A DNA stretch of 64,000 nucleotides from Candidatus Bathyarchaeota archaeon (GTDB taxonomy: Archaea; Thermoproteota; Bathyarchaeia; TCS64): NCBI GenBank assembly GCA_963769425.1, contig CAVYLP010000003.1, forward strand, positions 256,001-320,000, read 5' to 3'. The translations under genes and the position numbers were made by a program. Below, one piece after another: positions 20,301 to 29,068 of this stretch; position 1 is the stretch's first letter, and each line of letters opens with the position of its first letter. Below the pieces are notes generated by a model. That model was not told where the DNA came from. It did no database searches and saw only the letters and a list, made by a program, of their open reading frames with translations.

Positions 20301-20636
20301 GTAGGCCTCTATGTCGCGTTTGGTCTGGAAGCCTAGCTCCTTCTCTACCTCTACCTCTACCCATAGTCCCTGGCAGTCGAATCCGTTCTGGTATCGGACG
20401 TCTCTTCCGCGCATGGCCCAGTAGCGTTGCCAGAGGTCCTTGTATGTGCGACCCCATGCGTGGTGGACGCCCATCGGGTTATTGGCTGTGATTGGGCCGT
20501 CGATAAAGCTCCACTTGGGTTTGCCCTCATTGAGGCTACGCCTTTTCTCGAAGGCGTTTGTCTCCCTCCAGAGCTTCTGTACGTCGCGCTCAAGAGCGGC
20601 TATGTCGACTTTACTGTCTATGGGTTGGAAGGTCAT
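17304..20636 (-). CDS. ileS: Isoleucine--tRNA ligase (IleRS2 type)
   Basis: DGPITAN-PMGVHH, GFDCQGL, WTTTPWTL, GTGLVH, WMISKKRYWG, EMHKS, WYVRRSRRRFW. Confidence 0.96.
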   Translation of the reverse strand: MTFQPIDSKVDIAALERDVQKLWRETNAFEKRRSLNEGKPKWSFIDGPITANNPMGVHHAWGRTYKDLWQRYWAMRGRDVRYQNGFDCQGLWVEVEVEKELGFQTKRDIEAYGIAEFVVKCKQRVLNYSARQTEQSIRLGYWCDWNNPDELRKLAEAMNNPLQQTTYVGSHGPVYGTAEYIVGQLGMPQVGGSYYTLSDENNYMIWTALKSCHTRGWIYRGQDSMPWCPRCSTGISQHEIVTEGYKEITHTTVFVKFPLKDREGSLLIWTTTPWTLTSNVAVAAHPDLTYVKVKHGEEILYLSKGTLATVFTQKGSYTILEELKGRDMLGWTYTGPYDDLEIPKKLGVPEAHRVIMWDAVGETEGTGLVHIAPGAGKEDFELGKQNKLPAPAPLDEYGVITPGFGWLTGTHVYNSAEPIFEDLKARGFLLRTQKITHRYPVCWRCGSELVFRLVNEWFINMGEKLDKPYETVTTEEKDKSLRYQIMDSASNVRWIPEFGLKRELDWLQNMDDWMISKKRYWGLALPIWQCSCGWFIVIGDKEELKSRAISGWDEFEGHSPHRPYIDAVKIRCEKCGGVASRVPEVGNPWLDAGIVGYSTLRYRSDRAYWEKWFPADFITESFPGQFRNWFYAMLAESTILERRTPYKVCLGHGSVLAEDGQEMHKSRGNAIWFDDAAETMGADIMRWIYCAAKPENDVLFGYTKANEVKRMYFMTLLNVYNFFTIYANLDKWTTEQQPKNLQQLDRWILSRLNTLIESVTASLENYDASTPTQELERFVDALSKWYVRRSRRRFWKTEADDEKRAAYATLYRCLKTVTLLMAPLTPHVSEAMYQRLVRPVEPNAHESVHHNDWPTAQESEIDEGLMAEMELAMIASSLGRAARAKSQIKLRQPLSEAIIVASKEQLPIVNKVAPFIREELNVKEVKVTGERDILQSYIAKPLPRLLGKKHGKNFIAVADAIRAMTTEQTETLARRKAVTLNVNGSLVEVLPEEVELESKPIEGYSIMEEGGLLVGVNTTIDESLSSEGLARDIVRRIQSLRKEANFDINDHIETYYRGDPDVVEVFQEEADYIKTETLSDLLQEGVSPEDAKTGAYEMGGLQLILGLRRA

Positions 20637-20989
20637 CTCTGGTCCTCGGTTGGGTCTAGAATCTTGGTGTCGGGTGGGGTTTGAGTGTTTCGGCTAGATT
20701 TGGTAGTCACCGGACATCATAGGCACCGATAGGGTTGGTTGTTTGTTTCCATAAAAATGTTGTTCATGGGTGTGTGAGGGGGTTTTCCCCATGATCGCCA
20801 TCATCATCATACGTGTTCTTGTCCGGTTGAGTGGGTGACGCGGATGAGGGGGGCTTTTTTTCGCGTCGGTGTGAATTTTCGGGGAGTTTTCTTTGAGTTT
20901 TCGGTATTTGAAGGATGTTGATGGTTTGTATCATCATTCGTCGTATCTGAGCTTATTTATCGGGGTATGTTTACTGATTTTTCTATGGC

Positions 20990-21307
20990 TTAGACCTGTT
21001 TCTCGTAGTAGATGTCCTTGGGTAGCATCCACTCGAACCAGAGCTTGTAGCCCTCGGGTGTCTCCTCGGTACCGGAGGTCATCGCACCGAATAGTCCGGC
21101 GGCTGGGATGAGGCCCATGATCTCCTTGGGGGTGCCCTTTATGTCGCCAACCCAGACGGAGAGGCGGCTGCCCTTGAAGTCGACGAAGTTGATTGTGGCG
21201 ATCGTGTCGAGTTGGGTGAGGAAGTCGGCGACCGCGAAGCCGTCGAAGGTGAACTGTATCCCCATGGCCTTGAACTCCTCTATCTTGGCCGCTAGTTTCT
21301 CGTGCAT
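20990..21307 (-). CDS. Hypothetical protein
   Basis: About 105-aa ORF with genome-typical codon usage downstream of the MFS gene; start uncertain. Confidence 0.55.
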   Translation of the reverse strand: MHEKLAAKIEEFKAMGIQFTFDGFAVADFLTQLDTIATINFVDFKGSRLSVWVGDIKGTPKEIMGLIPAAGLFGAMTSGTEETPEGYKLWFEWMLPKDIYYEKQV

Positions 21308-21332
21308 GGCTACTGGTGTGGCGGGCGGGAAC

Positions 21333-22556
21333 TTATTGCTTGCCGTGGCCAAGGCTCATGGCGAGCAGGGCGGCACACCCCGTGGCGGCCGCGGTGATGA
21401 CGAAGACGGACGGCGGGCCGAAGGCACCCCATGAGAAGCCGAAGATGAGCGAGCCCATCATGAGACCGAAGTCCTCGAAGGTGCCGTAGAGGCCGAGGCT
21501 CATCCCCGAGAATTCCTTCGGGGTAGCGGAGCTGTGTATGGCTATGCTTAGGACGCCGAAGCTGAAGGTCGCCGAGACGCCGATGGTGAGGAGAGTGAGC
21601 TGTATGGCGTCGGTGGCGAATGGGAACAGGGCGAAGAGGGCGCACCCGAGGGCGAGTACGCCGAATAGGAGCTTTCTCTTGTCGATCCTGTCGGATATCC
21701 TACCGAGTAGGGGCGTCGCCACGAGACGCGCAGTGGCTGCTATGGTCGCCATGCTGCCGACGGCGATGGTCGTCATCCCCACCCTCTCCGTTGCGTAGAT
21801 GGGGAGGAAAGAGGCGACGACGCTGCAGCCGAGGAAACCGAGCAGGGTCAGTGTGCAGGTCTTCTGGAGGGTTGGTATCCGGAGTAGCTGTCCGAAGCCC
21901 GAGAATAGAGGGCGACGTGCAATTAATGCAGGCGCCCTGTGATCCTTGTTTCTTAGATACGTCACGAGGAAGAAGAGTATGGCAGTCCACACTATGCCCA
22001 TCGAGGTGTAGAAGGCGTACTCGTACCCGTAGCTGGCGGCGATGAATGTACCGACTATAGGGCCGGCTATGTTACCGAGGGTGGCGAAGAAGAACCAGAG
22101 GCTCATGTTGAAGCCCGCCGACTTGCCTGAAGAGGTCTCTGCGATGACAGCGCGCGTCGTAAGCCCCACGATCACCTGTATGGCGCCGAAGATGAACTGT
22201 AAAACAATGAAGAGGGGCAGGAAGGCCTTCATCGTGTAGAGTGGGTATATGAGGCTCGTCAGTACGAGGGCCATGAGGATGAAGTAACCCTTGTTCACCC
22301 TGTCGGAGACTACTCCCCAGACGAACTCCATGAAGAGGCCGGCCGACATAGCCATGGCGAGCAGGCCCCAGTTGGCCACGTCGAGTCCGAGGGCGCGTGC
22401 GTAGAGGGGCATCACGGGGCCATTCAGGGTGAGCGACCACGCCATGTTCCTGAGGAAGAGCACCGCGTAGACCGGCGACAGCTTCTTCAGAGTCTCGTCC
22501 AACCCAGTGGCACCGCTTACTCCCCACAGGGGGTGCACCGACAATTTATCCTTCAC
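21333..22556 (-). CDS. MFS transporter
   Basis: About 12 TM segments; GVVSDRVNK and GRISDRIDKR motif-A repeats. Confidence 0.9.
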   Translation of the reverse strand: MKDKLSVHPLWGVSGATGLDETLKKLSPVYAVLFLRNMAWSLTLNGPVMPLYARALGLDVANWGLLAMAMSAGLFMEFVWGVVSDRVNKGYFILMALVLTSLIYPLYTMKAFLPLFIVLQFIFGAIQVIVGLTTRAVIAETSSGKSAGFNMSLWFFFATLGNIAGPIVGTFIAASYGYEYAFYTSMGIVWTAILFFLVTYLRNKDHRAPALIARRPLFSGFGQLLRIPTLQKTCTLTLLGFLGCSVVASFLPIYATERVGMTTIAVGSMATIAATARLVATPLLGRISDRIDKRKLLFGVLALGCALFALFPFATDAIQLTLLTIGVSATFSFGVLSIAIHSSATPKEFSGMSLGLYGTFEDFGLMMGSLIFGFSWGAFGPPSVFVITAAATGCAALLAMSLGHGKQ

Positions 22557-22608
22557 GCTCCCCGAGGTGATTTATACTCGTGCAGATGAAATGCTCCGTG
22601 ATTCTGAG

Positions 22609-24207
22609 ATGTATGCCGATCTGGTACTCCGCGGCGGGAAGATCATAACAATCGATGCGAAGGAGTCGACGGCCGAGGCTGTCGCAGTAAAGTATGGTAG
22701 AATAATCGCCGTAGGCAAGGACGGCGACGTGAAGCCGCTCGTCGGACCTAAAACTAAGGTAATTGAGCTAAAAGGGCGGTCCGTCATCCCCGGCCTCATG
22801 GACAGCCACAGCCACATGGCGGATGAGGGCGCGGGTAGGCTCCGCTTCGTCGACCTCAGCCAGGAGGCCGGCGTCAAGACGATAAAGGATATACAGGATA
22901 GGCTCGCCGAGCGCGCAAAGAAGACCCCGAAGGGCGCGTGGATATTCGGTTATCAGGAGGATGACTCCAAGCTCGACGAAAAGAGGCACCCAACGCGTTG
23001 GGAGCTGGACGTCGCCAGCAAGAACCATCCTATCAGCATCTCCACGGTCGGCGGCCACTTCTCGGTCCTCAACAGCAAGGCGTATGAGATGGCGGGCATC
23101 ACCAAGGAGACGCCTGACCCAGTGGGCGGTAAGTTCGACAGGGACGCAAAGGGCGAGATCACAGGCGGAGCACATGAGAAGGCGATAGACATGCTCATCC
23201 CCGCCGAGGCTCAGCTGCCCACCGCTGAGCAGAGTTACGAGGGGGCCAAGTCGATACTCATGGACTGCGCCAGCGTCGGCCTGACCTGCGTTTATGACCT
23301 CGTCGACAAGAGCCAAATCAAGGCGCTCATCGATCTCAACACGAAGGGCGAGCTTCCCATTAGGATGAGGATGGATGCAATCATCGACCTCTTCCCCCAG
23401 CTGAACGCCACAGGGGTCCACCAGATGTTCGGCGACGACATGCTCAGGCTATGCGGTGTCAAGTTCTTCTTCGACGGCGCCATCTCGGCGAGGACCGCGG
23501 CGGTGACGGAGCCCTACTGCGACAAGCCAGGGTTCTACGGCGTCATGTCGACGACGCGGGAGATAGCGGAGGATATGCTGGGGAAGGCGTACGCCGCCGG
23601 CTACAGGGTGAGCTGCCACGCGAACGGGGACAAGGCGATAGCCATGTACCTTGACATCATGGAGAAGCTCCAGGCCAAGTACCCCCGCGAGGACCCGAGG
23701 AACAGGGACATCCACTGCACCGTCATCACGAAGGAGCTTGTGGTGAGGATCAAGAAGCTGGGAATCCTGCCAACCATCTTTGGTCCCTACCCATACTACC
23801 ACGGGGACAAGCTCCTCGTGCCCTTTGGGGCTGAGAGGCTGGAACGCATGTTCGCCGCCCGAACCTTCCTCGACGAGGGTATAATCGTGGCGGCGCACAG
23901 CGACCACCCCTGCGCTCCCTTCCCGCCGCTCATGGCGATACACGCCATGGTGAACAGGACAACGAAGGCGGGGAAGCCCATAGGCCAGAGCCAGCGCATC
24001 TCCGTCATGGAGGCACTGAGGCTCTACACGATCAACTCCGCCTACCACAGTTTCGACGAGGACCGCCTCGGCAGCATCGAAGAGGGCAAACTCGCCGACT
24101 TCGTCATACTCGGCAGAGATATCCTCACCGTCCCCAAGGAGAAGATCAAGGACATCCCTATCGACGCCACAATAGTCGACGGAAAAGTAGTTTACGAGAG
24201 AAAGTAG
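22609..24207 (+). CDS. Amidohydrolase family 3 (YtcJ-like)
   Basis: PGLMDSHSH, KFFFDGA, HANGD, SD, GSIEEGKLADFVIL. Confidence 0.9.
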   Translation: MYADLVLRGGKIITIDAKESTAEAVAVKYGRIIAVGKDGDVKPLVGPKTKVIELKGRSVIPGLMDSHSHMADEGAGRLRFVDLSQEAGVKTIKDIQDRLAERAKKTPKGAWIFGYQEDDSKLDEKRHPTRWELDVASKNHPISISTVGGHFSVLNSKAYEMAGITKETPDPVGGKFDRDAKGEITGGAHEKAIDMLIPAEAQLPTAEQSYEGAKSILMDCASVGLTCVYDLVDKSQIKALIDLNTKGELPIRMRMDAIIDLFPQLNATGVHQMFGDDMLRLCGVKFFFDGAISARTAAVTEPYCDKPGFYGVMSTTREIAEDMLGKAYAAGYRVSCHANGDKAIAMYLDIMEKLQAKYPREDPRNRDIHCTVITKELVVRIKKLGILPTIFGPYPYYHGDKLLVPFGAERLERMFAARTFLDEGIIVAAHSDHPCAPFPPLMAIHAMVNRTTKAGKPIGQSQRISVMEALRLYTINSAYHSFDEDRLGSIEEGKLADFVILGRDILTVPKEKIKDIPIDATIVDGKVVYERK

Positions 24208-24233
24208 CCCCGCTTTTCAGGGATTTTTTATAA

Positions 24234-25025
24234 TCAGTACGGACTGACGGGTATCCCATATCTGCCGGTGCTTATGCCGCCGTCGACGCTAAGCACAGTG
24301 CCGGTTATGAAGTCGGCCTGGGGGCTGCAAAGCATCAGGATGGCGTTGGCGATGTCTTCGGGCACCCCTATCCTGTCCCAGGGCGTCATGTTCACCATCG
24401 ACCTGTCGTATGCCGCCTTGCTCGGCGTCTGCTCCTCACCTACCTCGATGAGGCCCGGGGCGACGCAGTTGACGTTGACCTTATGTTTGCCGAGCTCAAG
24501 GGCGAGGCAGTTGGCGAACATGACCATGCCGCCGTTCGAGGCGCAGTAGGCGCCCGCCGCCTCGCGCGCCACCTTCCAACTCCCCGAGGCGACGAAGACC
24601 ATCTTCCCGCCGCGTCCCTGCTTTATCATCTGGCGCGCCGCTAGCTGGGAGCAGATGTAGGCGCCACGCAGCTTCGTGTTCATGTTCCTGTCCCAGATGT
24701 CGTCGGTCATGTCGACGATCTTCATCACGGGGCGGTCGGCGGCGTTGTTTACGAGGATATCTATGCCACCCCATTTTTCGATGAGGGCCTTGAACATCCC
24801 CTCGATCTCGGCCCTGCTCTTCAGGTCCGCCCTGTGGGCGACGACGTTGCCCTTGTACTTGGCGAGGCTCTTCAGGGCGGCATCGAGCCGCTCCTTGTTA
24901 GAGCCATTGATCATCACCTTCGCCCCCGCGTCGAGGAGCATCTTCGCCGTCGCGTAGCCTATCCCCCTGCTCGAACCCGTAACGAGGGCCACCTTGCCCT
25001 TGTAGTCAAACGTGATCATAACCAT
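24234..25025 (-). CDS. Short-chain dehydrogenase/reductase
   Basis: TGSSRGIG, NNAA, YCASN (K of YxxxK replaced by N). Confidence 0.9.
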   Translation of the reverse strand: MVMITFDYKGKVALVTGSSRGIGYATAKMLLDAGAKVMINGSNKERLDAALKSLAKYKGNVVAHRADLKSRAEIEGMFKALIEKWGGIDILVNNAADRPVMKIVDMTDDIWDRNMNTKLRGAYICSQLAARQMIKQGRGGKMVFVASGSWKVAREAAGAYCASNGGMVMFANCLALELGKHKVNVNCVAPGLIEVGEEQTPSKAAYDRSMVNMTPWDRIGVPEDIANAILMLCSPQADFITGTVLSVDGGISTGRYGIPVSPY

Positions 25026-25087
25026 CAGTCACCAATCGACCGACTTTTCTAATAATACGTTTGGTCGAGAGGGGAAGGTTGGGTGGG

Positions 25088-26596
25088 CTACTTGTTCCCG
25101 GGGAAGACGAGGCTGAGTGGCCCCTGCTTACCCGGTTTGGGCCAGCGGACGGTGACCTCCTTCTGCTTCGTGAAGAAGCGTATGGAGTCCTCGCCGCGTA
25201 TCTGGACATCCGCGAAGGCGGAATTACGGGTGCCGCCGAAGCTGAGGTAGCCCGCAGGCACCGGAATTGGAACATTTATGCCTATCATGGGTACGTCGAC
25301 CTCCAGCTCGAAGCGCCTCGCGGCTCCGCCGTCAGTCGTGAAGATGGCTGTGCCGTTGCCGTACTGGTGCCCGTTGATGAGCGCGAGCGCCTCGTCGAAC
25401 GTCTTGACCCTGACCATGCCAAGGACTGGGCCGAATATCTCCTCTGTGTATATGCTCATCTTCGGCGTGACGTTGTCGAAGAGCGTGACGCCGAGGAAGA
25501 AGCCCTTGGGGCTCGTCGGGTGCTTGAACTTGCGCCCGTCTGCCACAAGCTTCGCGCCTTCCTCAACGCCCTTGTCGATCCATTTAATAATCGCCTCCCT
25601 GTGCTCGGCTGAGTAGATGGGGCCCATGTCTATGCTCGGCTCGATCCCTGGGCCGATTTTGAGTTTCGCAATCCTCTCCTTCATGAGGGGCAAGAGCCTG
25701 TCGCCAGAGTCGCCGACAGCGATGACAAGCGACTGCGCCATGCAGCGCTCGCCTGCGGAGCCGTAGCCCGCCGCGATGGCGGAGTCAGCGGCCAGCTCCA
25801 TGTCGGCGTCGGGGAGCACCACCATGGCGTTCTTCGCTCCCATGTAGCAGCCGACGCGCTTCCCCGCCTTCGTCCCCTTCTCGTGGACCATCTTGCCAAC
25901 AGCCGTTGAACCGACGAACTGCACTGCCTGTATCCCGGGGCTGTCCAGTATGGCGTTCACCGCCTCCCGGCCGCCGTATACAATGTTGAAGACGCCGTCG
26001 GGGAGCCCCGCCTGCTTCCAGAGCTCGGCTTGGAGCTGCGTCGCACCAGGCGTGTGGCTGCTGGGCTTCCAGATGAACGTGTTTCCCGTCATGAGGGCGA
26101 TGGGGTATATCCACATCGGGACCATCGCGGGGAAATTGAAGGGAGTGATGCCCGCTGTGACGCCGAGCGGCTGCCGCAGCGTGCGGACGTCAATAGACGT
26201 TGAGACGTTGGGGGTGTTCATCCCCGCCATGTGCACGGGTAATCCACAGGCGTACTCAACCGTCTCGAGCCCGCGTACGACCTCCCCCAGCGCGTCGGGG
26301 TACGTCTTCCCGTGGTCTCGGGTGATAAGCTTCGCCATTTCTTCGCGATTCTTCCAGCAGAGCTCGCGGAAGGCGAAGAATATTGCGCTCCTCGCGATGA
26401 GCGGCGTGTCACGCCAAGCGGGGTAGGCTTTACTCGCCGCTGCTACGGCTGCCTCGATTTCCGGGGCACCCCCACGTGGCACGCGGGCGATCTCCTCACC
26501 CGTCGCCGGGTTGTAGACGGGCCCCGTCTTCTCGAGCGGGACCTCAACGGCACGCCCGTTTATCCAGTGACTTATGATCGGAATGGCCCTGGACAA
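25088..26596 (-). CDS. mmsA: CoA-acylating (methyl)malonate-semialdehyde dehydrogenase
   Basis: ITPFNFPAM, FVGST, MGAKN, GERCMA, EEIFGPV, GINVPIPVP. Confidence 0.9.
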   Translation of the reverse strand: MSRAIPIISHWINGRAVEVPLEKTGPVYNPATGEEIARVPRGGAPEIEAAVAAASKAYPAWRDTPLIARSAIFFAFRELCWKNREEMAKLITRDHGKTYPDALGEVVRGLETVEYACGLPVHMAGMNTPNVSTSIDVRTLRQPLGVTAGITPFNFPAMVPMWIYPIALMTGNTFIWKPSSHTPGATQLQAELWKQAGLPDGVFNIVYGGREAVNAILDSPGIQAVQFVGSTAVGKMVHEKGTKAGKRVGCYMGAKNAMVVLPDADMELAADSAIAAGYGSAGERCMAQSLVIAVGDSGDRLLPLMKERIAKLKIGPGIEPSIDMGPIYSAEHREAIIKWIDKGVEEGAKLVADGRKFKHPTSPKGFFLGVTLFDNVTPKMSIYTEEIFGPVLGMVRVKTFDEALALINGHQYGNGTAIFTTDGGAARRFELEVDVPMIGINVPIPVPAGYLSFGGTRNSAFADVQIRGEDSIRFFTKQKEVTVRWPKPGKQGPLSLVFPGNK

Positions 26597-26618
26597 TTAG
26601 GCCGCCCCCTTTTCTATC

Positions 26619-27896
26619 TTACCCAAGCTCCTCGCCCATGACCTCGACGGCGTGGTCGAGCTCCTTCGTCGTGATGACGAGCGGCGGCTGGAACCTCATC
26701 ACGTTCGCCTTGACTCCTCCGGTGCCGACGAGGACGCCCTTCTTGCGCATCCCCTCCTTGAGTTTGTTCGTCTCCTCGGCTGCTGGGGCCTTCGTCTTCC
26801 TGTCCTTGACGAGCTCGACGCCAACCATGAGCCCCTTGCCCCTGACGTCGCCGATGAGCGAGTGCTTCTCCATCAGCTCCCTGAACCTCTTCGTGAGGTA
26901 CTCGCCCTTCTTGGCGCTGCCCTCGACGAGTTTCTCCTCCTTGAATATCTCGAGGTTCGCTATCGCAGCGGCACAGCAGACAGGGTTCCCGCCGAATGTG
27001 GAGAGGTGGTCACCGGGCTGAAGGGAATCACCCACATCACTCCTCGCGATGCAGGCGCTCAGCGGGAAACCCGCTGCTATGCCCTTCCCCATAGTCAGAA
27101 TATCGGGCTTCACATCATAGTGCTCGATGCCGAACATCTTCCCCGTGCGCCCGTAGCCGCTCTGAACCTCGTCGACGATGAGCAGGCTCCCGTGTGTGTC
27201 GAGTATCTTCTTCAGAATCGGGAAATACTCCTTCGGCGGTACGATGATACCGCCCTCACCCATTATGGGCTCCGCGATCAGCGCCGCCACGTTGTCGCTG
27301 CTGTGGTAGTTGATTATGTCCTCGAGCCTCCGTGCGCAGAGCACGCCACAGCTCGGGTACTCCTTCTCGAATGGGCACCGGTAGCAGTAGGCCGCCGTGT
27401 TGAAGCTCACCCCGCTGAGGTACGGGCCCATGTCGTAGCGCCTCCGCTTCGACTGACCCGTGATGCTCAGCGTCCCAACTGTACGCCCGTGGAAGCTGCA
27501 CTCCAGCGCGACCATCTCCTGCTTCTTCGTGAACTTCTTCGCCAGCTTCACCGCCGTCTCGTTCGCCTCAGCGCCACTGTTGCCGAAGAAGGTCTTCACC
27601 AGCCCCTTCGGGCTGATCTCCGCAAGCCTCTCCGCCAGCTCCGTCACCACGGGGCTGTGGTAGACGTACGGGCCATAGTGGATCAGCTTCCCCGCTTGGT
27701 CCTGCACCGCCTTCACAACCTTCGGCGGGCAGTGGCCGGCGTTGACGACGCTTATTCCCGCGAAGCAGTCGAGGTACTCCTTACCCTCCATGTCCACGAG
27801 GGTGGCGCCGTGCCCCCCCACAACAGCAATAGGCTCAAGCTTCGTGAAGCTGAGAATTCTGTACTTCTCGTCCTTTGAGAATACGTCGCTCGACAT
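26619..27896 (-). CDS. Class III PLP-dependent aminotransferase (GABA / beta-alanine type)
   Basis: NSGAEANE, FHGRT, DEVQSGYGRTG, MGKG, TFGGNP. Confidence 0.93.
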   Translation of the reverse strand: MSSDVFSKDEKYRILSFTKLEPIAVVGGHGATLVDMEGKEYLDCFAGISVVNAGHCPPKVVKAVQDQAGKLIHYGPYVYHSPVVTELAERLAEISPKGLVKTFFGNSGAEANETAVKLAKKFTKKQEMVALECSFHGRTVGTLSITGQSKRRRYDMGPYLSGVSFNTAAYCYRCPFEKEYPSCGVLCARRLEDIINYHSSDNVAALIAEPIMGEGGIIVPPKEYFPILKKILDTHGSLLIVDEVQSGYGRTGKMFGIEHYDVKPDILTMGKGIAAGFPLSACIARSDVGDSLQPGDHLSTFGGNPVCCAAAIANLEIFKEEKLVEGSAKKGEYLTKRFRELMEKHSLIGDVRGKGLMVGVELVKDRKTKAPAAEETNKLKEGMRKKGVLVGTGGVKANVMRFQPPLVITTKELDHAVEVMGEELG

Positions 27897-27998
27897 GACG
27901 AATCAAGAATAGTATAGCACTGGCGATAAAAAGGCTGAGACTGGCTACTGCCCGGTGAGGCGGCGGATAATGATGACTAGTCAAGATACGGCCCGCAT

Positions 27999-28274
27999 TT
28001 AGACCCCTTGCTCGATTAACTGCCTAAGCGCGGCAACCTCGCCCTTCAACTCGCTAAGTTCCGCGTCCCTCAATAATGGGGTAGCTACGCCGACAGCCGA
28101 CACGATAACACGGCCCAAACCCATTTTCTCAGTATTCGCGCTATTCTTCAGATACAACTTTGTGAATGCTATATGGCAAACCTCATCAAGATAAAGCAAT
28201 AATGACGCCCTATCAAGACTCGGCTTATCACGCAACTTCTCAAGGAATACCTTGGGCTTTTCAACCGCAACCAA
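27999..28274 (-). CDS. Hypothetical protein with a C-terminal coiled coil
   Basis: 91-aa ORF ending ELSELKGEVAALRQLIE. Confidence 0.5.
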   Translation of the reverse strand: MVAVEKPKVFLEKLRDKPSLDRASLLLYLDEVCHIAFTKLYLKNSANTEKMGLGRVIVSAVGVATPLLRDAELSELKGEVAALRQLIEQGV

Positions 28275-28373
28275 CTCAGTAAAATTTACAGGCGGAAATA
28301 CCTTACATATTTAGATGTGTCGATGCATGGCGGCCAGGCGTTGCCTCCCCGCGTTAGGATGTAAGTGATAGAA

Positions 28374-28739
28374 CTATGGGATATGCAATGTTTGAATCCT
28401 ATTATGTTTCTTTATCTCATCCTGTGTTTTGTTTTCTTTATCTGCTTTTTTTTGGCAATCATCTTCGTAGAGATATGCTCCTAAAATATTCACTGATTTG
28501 TATTTCACCCCATTCTTGTTAAGCTCATCTTGTTTCTTATTTCTGAATTCTCTTATTGCTCTATCAGTGTATTTCGCGTCTTCCGGTTTAGTGCGGAATA
28601 GAACCAATTTTATTTCAATATACTCGCATTCTGTGATAGATTCCTCAATTGGTTTATCTTGGTAAATGATTTTATAGGGTATCCAATATTTGAATAGTTC
28701 ACCCTCTAAAATGTTATCCGATGTTCTCTTTCCACTCAT
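28374..28739 (-). CDS. Hypothetical protein
   Basis: 121-aa ORF in AT-rich DNA. Confidence 0.55.
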   Translation of the reverse strand: MSGKRTSDNILEGELFKYWIPYKIIYQDKPIEESITECEYIEIKLVLFRTKPEDAKYTDRAIREFRNKKQDELNKNGVKYKSVNILGAYLYEDDCQKKADKENKTQDEIKKHNRIQTLHIP

Positions 28740-28828
28740 CTCAGGTCGATTAAGGTTTATCAGTCAATGGAGATTAAATTTTCTGTTAGGCGTGTTTAAT
28801 CTCAAATTTTCCATCCGTGGGCGTAAAT

Positions 28829-29053
28829 TCAAGAAAAGGGATTCCAACTTTTCTTCTCTTTACATCTATGATTTTCAGGTATATGGTGCGAAGAACACAA
28901 CACTTTACCGCATTTATGACACTTGTAGGCATTCTCAGATTTAGTTTGCATAAACCGTTTACCACAAAAACTACATCTAAGATAATGGTCACCCTTGATG
29001 GTATTCGACGTATTTGATTTACTAGTTTTTTTAAACCAATTTAGCGGATTCAT
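28829..29053 (-). CDS. AN1-type zinc finger protein
   Basis: CSFC..CHKCGKVLCSSHHIPENHRC matches the AN1 Cys/His pattern. Confidence 0.8.
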   Translation of the reverse strand: MNPLNWFKKTSKSNTSNTIKGDHYLRCSFCGKRFMQTKSENAYKCHKCGKVLCSSHHIPENHRCKEKKSWNPFS

Positions 29054-29068
29054 ATCCCCGCCACAAAA

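Noticed and set aside
20637-20989. T-box-like or leader-peptide control of ileS
   Set aside because: No T-box consensus and no Ile-rich leader ORF recognisable
26652-27878. Long antisense ORFs (408 aa here; also 4792..5652, 38039..38845, 53304..54071)
   Set aside because: Shadows of GC3-rich genes on the opposite strand, with no motifs of their own
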